Assembly (NCBI RefSeq): GCF_009914755.1
Contig: NC_060941.1
Origin: the human T2T-CHM13v2.0 reference genome, Homo sapiens
Reading direction: 5' to 3' (one strand)
Length of the DNA stretch: 64,000 nt
Position 1 is the stretch's first letter. Each line of letters opens with the position of its first letter. Shown here piece after piece: positions 34,931-54,549 of this stretch. Below the pieces are notes generated by a model. The model saw nothing but the letters and a program-made list of their open reading frames with translations. It ran no database searches and had not been told where the DNA came from. Both the position numbers and the translations under genes were made by a program.

Positions 34931-36845
34931 TCATTCACACCCACGCCCTTGCCCAAGGCTGGCCCACTTAGAGCGAAACTTAACTTTTGTCTGGATGGGA
35001 AGAGAAGTAAGTCTACCCCGAGGTTGCCATGTTGAAGAGTGAGAGGTCCAAGTGATTCTGTGCATTGAAACCAAGACACCCCACCCAGAACACTTCTTCC
35101 CTCCCTCAGCCCAAACCAAAGGCTGGGGTTCTCATCTCCAAGTGGCTGTTCTCCAACTTTCCCAAGCCGCTTGCATTCCCCAGACTGGACTACTGTGGCG
35201 GTTAGGTTAGATTTGAAGACGGGGCCCAGGCTGGGTATGAACGGGTGCAGCCCTCTTCTCCTCTTCCCCCCCACATCTCTCATGAGAGAGGTAGTGGCAT
35301 TTCCTTCTCAGGGAGCTTCAATGGGAAAGGTCTCGAAAGCTTCAGGAGGAGCAGAATACCAACGCAGGGGGATGGCTGTAACGATCTCACCGTCTCCTAA
35401 CCTCAGTCCCTTTTTTGAGAGTGAATGGTGGAGGGTGGGAAGGGACCCAGATTTGTAGATCTCTTTGTCTGGGGGAGGGGAAGGATGTGGTTTGCAGAGC
35501 GGAAGCAGAGTTTGGAAACGCATGAGAGCAGAGCTTCGTGTGTTCCCACCCTCAGTGAGGAGGTGTGAGTGGGTGAGCATGTGGAGTTGGGTGTTCCCAC
35601 CCTCAGTGAGGAGGTGTGAGTGGGGGTGCATATAGAGGCAGTGCCTGCTGTGGGGTCACAACTGGTGCATGCCAGCGCCAAAGGGACCTGTCTTTAGGGG
35701 TCATTTCAGCCAGCTCCTCCCATCACAGATGACAGCTCCAAGCCTAGAAGGGGCTCAGTGACAGGGCCAGGACAAGCCCTCAGGACTGTGGCCTCCTGGC
35801 CCTTGGTTCCCCTGCCCCACAACATGGTCTCCACATGGCTGGCTGGCTGGCTGTCCCTGTGTGTGTGTGACACACGGTGTGAGTGCAGGGCTGTGCCCGG
35901 GGTGGGAGGGTGTCTATGTGGCACTGACTGTCTTAGCTCAGAGCTGGTGGATCCTCTCCATGGACAATGACACTTTAAGGATTGTCTTGGTTTGTTTTTC
36001 CTATTTGTGGGGTATTTTCCCCCTCAGGCTCCTGGGTCTGCTGCTGCCTCAAGGTGTCCTGACCTTGAGGCTGATGAGGGGACCCCTGCCTGTTTCCCCC
36101 ATACTGAGTTCTAGGGAGGTGCTCACCCCAGACTCTTAGGAAGGGTCTAGAGAAATGAGAGGAGCCCAAGCCAGGGGCCAGCTCCGAGAAAGGGTAACCT
36201 CCACGCTTCTCTCTCCCAAATTGGAAATGAAGACAGGTTTTCAAAGGCACAGGCTCCCCCTGCCAGCTTCTAGGATCTTCCTTGGTGTGCAATGGGCCAG
36301 TTAGGGGTAGGCAGCTTGCACCCAGTTCTCCTTTATCTCAACTTATTTTCCTGGGGAGAGGTGCCTAGAGGGATTGAGGTAACTTCAACTGGGAATTCCA
36401 AGGAAGGTGGGCAAGTAGCCTTGGCTCTCTCCCACCATGTCCATCAGGATTGAGAGTGTGTCTAGCTCCCGACCACTTTGTCTTGACCTACTGAAAAGTT
36501 GGGAACTGAGGGGTGCCTTCATTCCCCTTTGTTCACTTTCTCCAGCTCAACTTGGGACTTGGGTGGTGGGACTGGAGACCTCACCCCTGCTCCCGTCCCG
36601 CCCCCTTTCTATCCCAACCTGTTTCCATGTAGCAGACCCTTCCTAGGGAGCAGGGAGGGGAAGCCACAGATTGCAAACCCAGGGGCTCCTTTTTCATTCT
36701 TTCTAAAACCTTGATATCCTCAGCCCAAAGGCGATGCCCCCCTGCCACCTCCAAGCCTGGAATTGTGCATAACCCGGATCTTGTATCTTTGTATAACGGA
36801 TGTTATTTGTACGAAGGGCAGTTCGTAAACAGCACTTGTTCTTTT

Positions 36846-36851
36846 AATAAA
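36846..36851 (+). terminator. Distal poly(A) signal of MLLT6 (3' UTR about 4.2 kb)
   Basis: AATAAA with upstream U-rich TGTA elements, followed about 12 nt later by a genomic A-run. Confidence 0.8.
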
Positions 36852-36889
36852 AGAATGTTTTGCAAAAAAAAAAAAAAAAATCCGAAGAG

Positions 36890-37680
36890 CCCCTGCGTAG
36901 TCTCGCTTTATGGAAGGGGACAGGAGGTGGGTGCCAACTGCGGGGGTGTAGGAGGGCGTGGGCTGCGGCCCTTCTGTCCGCACTCAGCGGCAGAGAGCGC
37001 ACAGACGCTCAGCACACCCGGGCCCACCACGCAGGGTGCATCAGTCCGTGGGCCCCGGCCGTCGGGACCCTGACCCGTCCCGAGGTGACGCGACGCCCGC
37101 GCGCTTGCTCCCAGAAGCGCGGCCTAGGCTCGGCCAGCAACAGCGACTCCTGGGAGGGTCCTGCGCCCTCGGGGGTGCCCCAGGCGCCGAGGCTGCGCGC
37201 GGGGCGTTCCACCGCCAGGCCCGCCCGGCAGGGGGCGCCGGGACCGACCGCTCACGCCCGGCGTGCTGAGGAGGCCGCTGGGCGGGCGCCGTGGTCGGGC
37301 TTCCGTACCCCGCCCGCCCCTGGCCTCCGCCCTCGCAGAACGCCGCGGCGTCTTCCGGGGCCTGGCGGGCCGGGGACCGAGGGGGCGGGGAGGTGACCCG
37401 GCGGGGGCGGAGCCAGCGGGCGGGCGCGGCGCGGGAGGCGACCATGCGCGGCGCGGGGGCGATCCTGCGGCCGGCGGCGCGTGGTGCCCGGGTGAGCACC
37501 CCCGCCCTGCACCAGCCCCCGTCCCGAACCCCAGCCGGGCCCCTGCCAGCCCCCACTCCAGCCCCGGCCCGGCCGAGCATCCCGGAGCTCCCGGCCCGTC
37601 CCGCCGGTGTCTGGCTTGCCTCAGCTCACAGGCTTTTCCCGAGCGCCAGTCCCTGCCAGGACCTCCGCAGCCAGCACCTT
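36890..37680 (+). promoter_or_regulatory. CISD3 promoter CpG island
   Basis: CpG-dense with GC boxes directly upstream of the CISD3 ATG, abutting the MLLT6 poly(A) site. Confidence 0.85.
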
Positions 37681-40022
37681 CTCTTGCGACCTTTTTCTTA
37701 CCCTCTCATTCCTCCCTCGCCCCTTCAGCCCTGTCACCTCCTCCTTCCTAGATGGCCTCCCGTGTCCTTCCCTTTCCACTGATTTTATTTTTCCGTTTCC
37801 AAACCACCGTCTTGTGATGCCTGCCATGCTTGCGTACCTTGCAGGACCTGAACCCGCGGCGGGACATCTCCTCCTGGCTGGTGAGTCCCCCCATCCTCCC
37901 CTCCTCCTCGCACAAGACCCCCAGGCACGGAGATCTCAAAGGCAGAAACAGGAAATGGAGCTAGGAAGAGTACAGGCCTATTCCCTGGAGTTAGCCCGTG
38001 GCTCTCAGGGAGGTGGGGCGGACCAGAGGGCACTGGGCAGGGCGCCAGTCTTCTGTACTGAGGACAGCAGCACCTAATGAACCAAGCCCCAGTGTGGGTG
38101 GCCCTGCCGTAGGCTGGAAGGATCCCAGCCCGCCTTCCCTAGCACGCAGGTGGGAGCCAGCGTTTGAGGGAAGGCAGCTGGACCCTGAAACCTGAGTGCC
38201 TGCATGGCTTTGAAATCTCCCTGTCCAAAGCTCACGGTCCTATGGTGTCCTGGGGAACGGTCTTGTTGGGTGGCATCAGATCAGCCTCTTGTAGAGGAAA
38301 CCTGCCACACACACAGGCCAGTGGGAAACTAGGAAGGGTCGCAGGCCGGACGGTGCTTCCAGGGCTTGAGCTAACCCTGAGCCCCTCATCTTCCCTGGCC
38401 ACAGGCCCAGTGGTTCCCTAGAACCCCAGCCAGGTCCGTGGTGGCCCTGAAGACCCCCATCAAGGTGGAGCTGGTGGCAGGGAAAACCTACAGGTGGTGT
38501 GTGTGTGGCCGCAGCAAGAAGCAGGTGAGACCCCTGTCTGCCTTCCTACTGATACCTCTGGCTAGGAACAGCCTGGTGTCTCCAGTGAGTTCCCACCCAG
38601 GATGATCTTATTCTTCCCACACATACCTGAGGGACACCAAGGGGGCTTGGGAACAAAAGGCCAGTGCCACCAGCAACCTTAAGCTCACTGCATCTACCCC
38701 TTGCAATGAAGCCAGAGAGACAGAAACTCAGTCACGCAGCCAGCCTGGTGTGGCCAGGCTTCCAGTGGGCTCTTCTGGAGCTGTTTGTTTCTCAGAGGTG
38801 CACTGCATGGCGAAGCTCACCTGGCCCTTCCCTGTCTCCTTCCAGGAAGCGCCTGGGCCACAGATTCCCAGGCCTTGAACCCCAAAAGCCTACAGCACCT
38901 GGTATTTCCTGGCGGTCTTCCATCCAAGTACTAACCAGGCCTGACCCTGCTTAGCTTCCGAGATCAGATGAGATTGGGCGCATTCAGGGTGGTATGGCCA
39001 TAGACACATTGGGAAGAGATTCTGCTCAGGCTCTCCTGCCTCCAAAGCCTCCCAGCCTTCCCCTGTGCCCCTCTCTACTCTTCTTCCAGAAAACTCTTCC
39101 TTCTCAGTTTATGGGACTTCCTGGCCGCTTGCCACAGTTTGCTGTCTTCTCAGCTTCACTGCCTGCCCCACTTGCTTCCCCTTCTGCCCAGGAGCCTTTC
39201 GTCCCAGCAGGAACCTGCCCATATTGTTTGCCTCCCTGGCCCCTTTCCTTCCTGAGCAGAGCTCTGACTGGTATTCCTTCAAGCTATGTGGCATGGTGTC
39301 AGCAGCCCAGGGTCCTTGAGTCCCACTTAGGTCCATGCACCTCAAGCCCTCTAAGACAAGTTGCTGGTTTCTATTTGCACGCTTCTCTCATCTCCTTTCC
39401 ATCCCACCCTAACTCCAATGTCAAGAGGCCTTGGTTCAGCCAGGCGAGGTGGCTCACCTGTAATCCCAGCACTTTGCGAGGCCAAGGCAGGAGGCTCTTT
39501 TGAGTCCAGGAGTTCAAGAACAGTCTGGGCAACAAAGTTGAGACCCCGCTTCTACAAATGCCTCTACCCCCACCAAAGACTAGCATGGAGGCAGGCCTGT
39601 GTTCCCAGCCATACTGGAGGCTGAGGAAGGAGGACCGCTTGACCCCAGGAGGTTGAGGCTACAGTGAGCCGTGTTTGCATCACTGCACTCCAGCCTGGGC
39701 AACAGAGTGAGACCCTGTCAAAAAAAAAGGCCTTGGCACCAGCTCTGCCTTCAGCTAGCAAGGCATGTCACCTTTCTGGGCCTGTTTCCATTACCCAGTC
39801 TCTGCTTGAGCGGCTTCTGGGATGGGGAGTACACTTCTGTGCCAGCCAGCCAGTTTGCTATGGGGCATCCCCTCCTCCTTGTAACCTTCACTCCCTGTCA
39901 CGTGCCCAGTTATTCCCTGGAGCCAAACAAAATTGCTACCACAGTGTACTCTCCAGCCCAAAGAAGTTTTAACCCAGGAACATGGGAAGTAAATGAATTT
40001 CATGATCCAGTGGAGACTCAGA

Positions 40023-40060
<38 letters not shown>

Positions 40061-40540
40061 CTATTAGTGTCCTGGCCCTCTGGGTGTCCCAGAGACTAAT
40101 GCTATAAAGACTCTGTAAATACTTACCAGACACTTACTATAGGCAAAGTGCATCACGATCATATTTTATTTCCTCATACAACTCTACTCTTATCACCCCC
40201 ACATTACAGATAAGAGAGGTCACTCAGTGAGCCTTGGCAGTCTTGCTCTGGAGCCTGTACCCTAACCACTGTGCTCCACTCCCCCTGAGCTCCTGCAGCC
40301 TGCCCTGCCCTGCCCCAGCAGGTGGGGTCAGGTCTTTGACTCCTGTCTTTCCCCCACCAGCCCTTCTGTGACGGCTCCCACTTCTTCCAACGCACTGGCC
40401 TATCTCCACTCAAGTTCAAGGCCCAAGAGACCCGCATGGTGGCACTCTGTACCTGCAAGGCCACTCAGAGGCCCCCGTACTGCGATGGCACCCACAGGAG
40501 TGAGCGCGTGCAGAAGGCAGAAGTGGGCTCCCCACTCTGA
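37444..40540 (+). CDS. CISD3: CISD3 (MiNT/Miner2), mitochondrial double-CDGSH iron-sulfur protein, 127 aa
   Basis: Exons 37444-37491, 37845-37880, 38405-38524, 40361-40540 (all phase 0; 384 nt). Arg-rich presequence [16 protein letters not shown]; motifs [16 protein letters not shown] and [16 protein letters not shown]. Confidence 0.97.
38885..39005 (-). pseudogene. Full-length 5S rRNA pseudogene in CISD3 intron 3
   Basis: 121-nt reverse-complement match to human 5S rRNA with about 9 substitutions, 6 of them at CpGs. Confidence 0.95.
39437..39728 (+). mobile_element. AluJ-like element in CISD3 intron 3
   Basis: Diverged Alu consensus. Confidence 0.85.
40024..40059. repeat. (CA)n microsatellite
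   Basis: Direct read. Confidence 0.92.
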
Positions 40541-40996
40541 GGGGGCTGCTGCTGTCCAGCCACAGGTGGCCTTGGCTCCAGGCCTCTGACAGGCACCCCC
40601 TTCTGTGGGAAAGGAAACAGGTGCTGAGCCCAAGAGACTCTGGTACCCACTGCTGGCTCATGAAGGAAGAATTATTCCTTATAACCTAAAAGTCTCCAGT
40701 CTGGGGCAGGCGGGAGTGGGCCCTGGTTCAATGTTTGCTGATGGGGAAGATGGCAAAAACAAGCCTGCCCAACCAGACTGGTAGTCCTGCAGTCACTGCT
40801 ATGAGGCCCACGTGCTGCCTCCTGCTCCAGATTTTAACCTCTCTGTGGGCTGGGGGCACCTGACCAGCCACAGGAGAGGGCAGTTCAGATTCATTCTGTA
40901 TGGGGTCCCCAAGCCAGGCTAAACCCAGAGATGAGAGGCACCCTTCCCTTCTTCCCTCCACCCCAAAGAACTACAGGCTCCAGAAAGTATGCAGCA

Positions 40997-41002
40997 TTTA
41001 TT
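40997..41002 (-). terminator. Distal poly(A) signal of PCGF2
   Basis: TTTATT on + strand (AATAAA on -), 1.3 kb beyond the stop; further AATAAA at 41963-41968 and 42175-42180. Confidence 0.7.
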
Positions 41003-42307
41003 ACAAAGCCAAGAGATACAGATGTCCCAGGGCAAAGGAGGGTACAGTCACAGGACCTCAGACACAGGACAAGGTGCAAACACAGACAAGCCCATCAGGG
41101 GGCTCCCAACCCCACACACCTACGCTATGATGGAATCTCGAGTCTCGACTCCCGACTCCTCTCAGATCTATGCACACTTGAGGAAATCTCGGTGGGCAGC
41201 GACCTGCCAGGGTCTGTCCCTAAGGAGGTGGTCCGCTGACCTCTCAAGGGGTGGGGGTGGGGTCAGAGCTTACAGGTTTCTGTCTTCTTGTGCTTTTAGA
41301 TGCAGTTGCTCTGTCCTGACCAGGTGACCGGGCCTCAGCTGGGGGTGGAGGGGCAATTGGAAGGCTGTTTGCCTCTGGCAAAGTCTGGGATCTGTGCTTG
41401 TGTGAGGTTAACCCACCCCCACTTCCACTCTAGGCCCCAGGTGAGACTCCACCACCAGTCCTGCTAGTGAGGGTTCCCCGGTGAGGGTAAGGTTGGTGGG
41501 GGTGCAGCGCTTCACAATGCTAAAGCCTTAGCCCTCCTCCAAGAGCTGAGACCTCTCAGGGCCTGAATCTTCTTTTCCACAAGATAAATGATGCAAAGGC
41601 CACACACACAGGAAAAAAAAAAAAAGAGGCAGAACTATCTATTCTTTGCACAAAGTTTCCACTGCAAGAGGAGGAGGTGATGCAGGTGCCACCTCCACCC
41701 TGCACTTGCTCCTCAGAACCAGGGATAAACTGCATTTGTAAAAGGCACTGTTCTTAGCAATTTCTGGACATTCAACAACGTGGGGGGCGGCCACTGGTCA
41801 GAGGCAGGACAGCAGCCAAGATGGGGAGAGAAACGGGGAGAGAAAGAAACAATTCTAACTGACTCCTATATGCAGCCAGTTGGAATCATGCCTAAAGCTT
41901 TGGGTCTGAAGGGGCCCCCAACACACCACCTGCCTTGGGAAACAGCGAGGATGGTGCAGAGCTTTATTGAGACTCCAGTGGCCCATCCAGTTCATCTCCA
42001 GGCACCCCCAAAAACAGCAAATTACACAAGACCCCCCCCAAAAAAAATGAACACCATTTTCCACACATACACACACACATAAAGTTTGTTTCCTGTGGCA
42101 TTTAAATTAATCTGGTTGGTCCATAGAAAATAAGTATGTATATTTGGTTTTTCCTATGTACATATATATATATATTTATTTATAAAACCCGCCCCCCACC
42201 CCCAAGGTGGGAAGAGCTGGGGAAAGTAGAAGAGGTGGAAAAAAGGGCCCAGAAAAAGTGGAAGGAGTGGAGAGGCTTGGCTGGAAGAAGGGAGAGGGTC
42301 CCTGGCC

Positions 42308-47894
<5,587 letters not shown>

Positions 47895-48191
47895 TCACTC
47901 CACACCTCCCCCCACCAGCACATCTCTCCCTGAGCCCAAGACCCTTCTCTGCCTTCAGGGTGGGCTGGGGGTGTACATGTGGCTGGTTCTTTCTGGCCAC
48001 CTCTGAGAGTTCATTGGGTGCCCAGGCTCTGGAGAGTCACACAGCCTTGAGCAACAAGGTTAGGCTTCCTCTGAGAAGCAGGAGGAAAGACTGAAGTTAG
48101 GCCACAGGATGTACTGCCCAACTCCCCAGAGAATGTGAGGAGGCAGGAAAATGGAAAAGAAGAGGGTTTTTAAAACTCTTTCCAATCCCAA

Positions 48192-48377
48192 GTCGGGCAC
48201 AGTGGCTCATGTCTGTAATCCCAGCATTTTGGGAGGCTGTGGCAGGAGGATCCTCCTGCCTCACGTGATCCCTTGAGTCTGGGTGGTCGAGGCTACAGTG
48301 AGCCGTGATTATGCCACTGCACTCAAGCCTGGGCGACAGAGCGAGACTCTGTCTAAAAAAGAAAAACAAAAACAAAA
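48192..48377 (+). mobile_element. Internally deleted Alu
   Basis: Left-arm start joined to right-arm end. Confidence 0.8.
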
Positions 48378-50178
48378 CTCTCCAATCCCAATCCGTATTC
48401 ACTCACATGGTCCACATTTAAAGCATCCTAGGAACTAGGAGGAAACTTAGATAAAGCAGCCACTGGCCTGAAACTTCAAGGAATAGAAGAAGGGAAAAAT
48501 AAGTTATCCTTACTCCCTCAACCCCTCCACCCAGGTGCAGGGCCTCAGACTTGATCCTTCCACTACGTCCCAGCCTCCTATCTACTCCATCCATTCACTC
48601 CTCCTCCAGGAAGTCTTCCCTGGAAACACCATGGACACAGGCTACCCTAAGTTAGAAGGCCGCAGCCATCACTTGTGCTTCTGGCTCTGCATCCAGCCTA
48701 AGCTTTGGAGCACCTCCCTCCTCTAAAGTCTGCCAAATATAGGCTGCTCCCAGAAAATCCACCATACGCTAATCATTTGGCTTCCAGGCCTGAGACTCAG
48801 GCAGGGAACAGAGAGGGTCCTTACATGCCTGAAGTTGGGAACGTGCAGCTCCAGCCCTAGCCCTGGACTCAAAGAGTTTAGGCAAAAAGGCTATACCCCT
48901 GCCACAGGAATCCCTGCCAGTGTCCCTGATGGACAGCCGCCTGCATGAGTGCTCCCTGTCCACAAGCACACAGGGTCCAGGAACCCCCCTTTCATACACA
49001 ATGCAGGAATCCCCCCCACATGGTCACTGTTACTCTCCCACTGTCTCCTGCCCTGGTGACGCCTCTGCCACCTGTTCACAGGCTGTCCAGTGACAAACCA
49101 CAGGCTCTCACAGATGCCTGCCAAAGCTGGGCAGAAAGTGCTCTGTCCCCAGACCGCCTGCTCGACACCAGCCAGGCCCGGGCAGGGTCCAGAGAGGTGA
49201 AAAGTCCGGCTCTGGATTGGCCACCGTGCTTCCTTCTTGGTAAAGAAATCAAACCAAACCTGCACCTGGAAGGGACAGCAGCCCTCCCTCCTCTTTCCCA
49301 GAGTAAAAGCCCAGGGGTGGGGCTTGGGAGGGTGGCCAAGCCCCAACAGCTCCTTTACAACATACTCACACCCTTCTCTCCTTTCCAGAAAGATTTCTAA
49401 AGCCACCACACTGAGTTTTCTAGGACAAGAAATTCACAGCCGGGATCAGCAGTTTCTATAGAGACCCCAGGATGAGTCTGGCCAGGACCCAGACAGCCAA
49501 CAGAGGCTCAGGGAACCTGGCCAGAGACCGAAAGAGATGCAGAGACACAAAGGCCACATGTGGGAGAGACACCAGGTTACAGGGCAGACAGAGGGGCACA
49601 AGCCAGTCCTACAGCAAGCCCAGAGACATGGCGGAGAGGTGGCGGCCCCGGGGATCTGAGAAGGGAGAGGGGTTCCCACCCCACGCAGGGTGGCCTCGGC
49701 CAGCCCTCCCTGCATGGGTCCCCCCTTTGCAATTACGCAGAAAGCTGCTGGATACTCCACTGTTTGGTCGTTTCCATAGTAACCCTGTCCCTGGCAAGAT
49801 GCCCAAATATTATTACAACCATCCAGAGGAGAGAACAATCCAAGTGGCTGTCTCTCTGAGCGTGTGTAATATCCATTCTGTGTACGTGCCATCTGGGCCT
49901 CCAAAGGTACTTCCTGTGACTGCCTGTCAGTCATATGTGTGTCCAGATGCATCTATGTGTGTGTGCAGAGCCACCAACAAACATGCTGATGCTGAGCTCT
50001 GATAATGCCTGGGGTCTCTGTTGCTGGGGTAAATCGCATGCCCTCATCTATCTCCCGTTCACCCTCATATACACATGCACGCGTACACACACATACACAT
50101 GTAGGCTCCGCACACTTCACATCGTGCCCGAGCCACCTCATTCACACACTCGCTGTGTTTTCAAAGCAGACACTTGCT

Positions 50179-50475
50179 CTTTTTTTTTTTTTTTTTGAGA
50201 TAGTCTTGCTCTGTTGCCCAGGCTGAAGTACAGTGGTGCGATCTCGGCTCACTGCAGCCTCCGCCTACCGGGTTCAAGTGATTCTTGTGCCTCAGCCTTC
50301 TGAGTAGCTGGAATCACAGGTGCATGCCACCACACTGGCTAATTTTTTTTTTTTTTTTTTAAACAGAGATGGGGTTTCACCATGTCAGCCAGCCTTGAAC
50401 TCCTGGCCTCAAGTGATCTGCCCGCCTCCACCTCCCAAAGTGTTGGGATTACAGGTGTGAGCCACCACACCCGGC
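50179..50475 (-). mobile_element. Alu with TSD GACACTTGCT
   Basis: Antisense Alu consensus. Confidence 0.9.
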
Positions 50476-51424
50476 TGACACTTGCTTTTAAGAACCCCAC
50501 AGCCGAGAGCCCCACACTGCGAATGGCTGTACCCCTCACCCAATCACTTCCCCGAGCATTTCTGAGAATTCAGCCCCAGCCTGTTCCTCTGGACCCTTTC
50601 TAGACACGAGGCCCAAGGTGGTGCTGACTGAATGAAACGCTGCTCCTTCTCCAGTTTAAGAAAATAAGCCCCTTGCCACACTCCCTGCTCCCCTCATTCC
50701 ATCCCCACAGGTTCTGACTGTTACCTCTGGGGCTGGGGGTGGGGAGAAGCACTGATTGGCTCCTCACCTGATTGCCATGGTTACCTGCAGGGCCCTGCCA
50801 GCAGGTGCCAAGAGCAATGTAAACAGGAGCTCTGACTCCCTAGAGCACCCTCTCCCCATCTCCCCACCCCAGGAGGCCCCAGGCCGCGAATTCCTGATAC
50901 CCAGTTCCTCCCCCGCTGCACTGGCTGGTGTGCTGTGAGAAGGTGAGGGAAAAAGGGGTGATGGGTGACTGGAAATCCAGCTGTCATTACTTTGAGGAAG
51001 AGGCTGGGAGATGGGAAGAACTCGAGGGAGAAAGAGTGGGAGACACAGATGCCAAGAAACAGAAAGGGGAGGCCAAGCACCATTGGAAGTGGCCTCTGCA
51101 GAGCTCAGGTGCTTTAACAGGTCAGTCCCAACTGTGTGTCCACCCCTCCCTGGACTTGAGCACTGCCTCCACCTCTAACACCACTTTTCCCCAAGCAGAA
51201 GCCAAGCCCTTCAGTGTCTTCTGCCATTGTCTTTGCAAGGGTGTGTGTGACCCTTAGGCAGCCCACGTTCTGGGCCCTGAGGCCCTGGGTCTGGCTATTG
51301 CTAATGTGGCAGGAAGGGAGCTTGCTCAGCACCCAGCATCCAACCCCGACCCCTCTTTGCCATTCAAGCCTGGCACTTGTCTTTCCCAATCCTTAAAGAC
51401 CCCTGCTAAGAAAACACCACCATC

Positions 51425-51738
<314 letters not shown>

Positions 51739-52016
51739 CCATCTCTCCATTTTAACCAGTGTCTTTCTGGAAGCCACCCTGCAATTTAGGCCTCTCTCAC
51801 TTCTTCATGGTCCCCTGTGGAAACAGTGGGTCTCCCAGCCCCAAGGCCCCTGTGCTTCTCTGATGCCATAGCTCTCTCTGCTCTCCCTGCCTCCAAATGA
51901 AATCAGCCCCACTCCCTCACTAGAATGTCTCCAGGTCTTGGGAAAAGTCACTCAAGGTCACATCCAGATGTCTAGAACTGCAGAGGTGAAAGGGCTTTTA
52001 GAAAGCACCTTGTTCA

Positions 52017-52768
<752 letters not shown>

Positions 52769-54549
52769 TCATCTAAAGCAGTAATGCCCGGCTTCATCCC
52801 AGCAGGTGGGAGGGGAAAAGAGCAGCTCCCTGGAGTGGCGGGAAAACCACTCAGTGGGCCGCCGTCTGGGAGGGAGTCAGTCTGGCCCAAACATGACCAT
52901 CAGCATGGACTCCTGCCTTGAGGCAGGAAGAGGAGGCACATGTTAATTGCCTTACCCCACTTCCTACACATAGGGAAACAGAGGCTGCAGGGAAGCACAG
53001 CCAGCCAGAGTACAGCATCAAGACTCAGACCAGGGGTTTTATGACTCTGTTCCTCTCCCAGCTTCGTGGGTCCAACTGCGCAAGCCCCTTGTATTTGTGT
53101 TTGGGGCCGTGAGGGTCTGCCTAGGGACACTGTGAACCTCCCAACTTTCCCCAATCCTTGACAATGGCACAAAGATCTGCTCCCCTGTCCCCACCATGCA
53201 TTGAAAAGGGCCTCCTGAAGCTGGGCTTACTCAACCCTCCCTTCCTCCCTCTCCCACCTCTCAACTCCCTAAGATCAAACAAAGGCAAAACCCCAAAATA
53301 TACACATTGCCAGATACACACACATACAGCAAGACACACCCCCCTCCACCTCTCACACTCACTACACACAAGGCCAGATAGACACGCCACAACCCTCCCC
53401 CACCCTGCGCCACACACACACACAATCACAGCCAGACCAGAGCCAGGCCCACCCTCGCTACATGCAGAAGCCATCCACATCCACCCCCCACCTAGAAGCA
53501 CACAGCCTGACATCCCTGCCTGGAAACAGACCCTGCAAACACACACTAACCTTTTGTACGACCCTGGTCCACCCAGGGTAAATTATAACATAAGTCTTCC
53601 AGCAACAAAAGCAGTTCAGCTTCCAAAGTCCGCTCTGGGGACCAGAGGCTGGAGGGCTGCAGTGGGCATGTGACCTGCACAAAGCTGTACCCTCTTCCTG
53701 TTCGGGCTCTCTCCATTCCCATGACAACAGCTCCATCAACCAAGATCTCTCAGGCAAGGCCAGGGGCAGCAGAGTCCCCCTTCCTGCCCAACCCCCAAGA
53801 CTTCAACTTGAACCCTACCTAGCTACACATGGTCTGGATCCTGGGGTTGGTTTCCTGCTTCATTCCAAAGTCAGTTCTAAAGCCTCAATCCCCCAACCCC
53901 CAACCAGGGGAGCCCGTGGGAAAACCTTCCCACCAAAAAGCTGCAACAGAGCTGGCTTTATGCTCCCAGTAATAACACCTTGGACCAGAGTGAAGGGGGG
54001 AGGGAGGAGAGAAATTAAAGAGTTTCAGGAACAGAAACTGCCAGAGGTCCCAGAGGAGGAGGCATCAGAACAGAGCGGGGAGGGGACAACCAGGAGACAG
54101 CCCTCCCCTCGAGACAGACCTCTGGGGAGACTGAGGCAGCATGGGGGACACTGAGGGACAAAGATCTCGGGAAGCGCTGGGTAACACTTCCACAATATTC
54201 ACTGGCAAATCCACCCGCCTCCATGCCGCCTCCTCCCACCTCAAGCCAACCGGAGCGATTATGGGCAGACAGGGGCAGTGGGGGAGGGCGAGGGGCAGCC
54301 CGGGCCCACCGTGGAGACAGGCAGGGGGTGTCTGCTTGCCCGGGGGTCCCACGCCCTCAGAGCTAGCAGTAGGAGGGCGTGCGCAGGGTGGGGTGGCTGG
54401 GCGTCCCAGGGGAAGGGGGGCCAGTTTAGCAGATCCCCCTGCTTCCGCTGGCGATGGGAAATATTGCGATAAATTTCCCTCCATCCCCATTCTACCCCCA
54501 GCGCCCGGGCTTCCCCAGGAGCCCATGTCCAAGGATCAGGGACCCCAGT

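Noticed and set aside
38885-39005. Functional 5S rRNA gene
   Set aside because: Solitary copy with CpG decay and a box C mutation.
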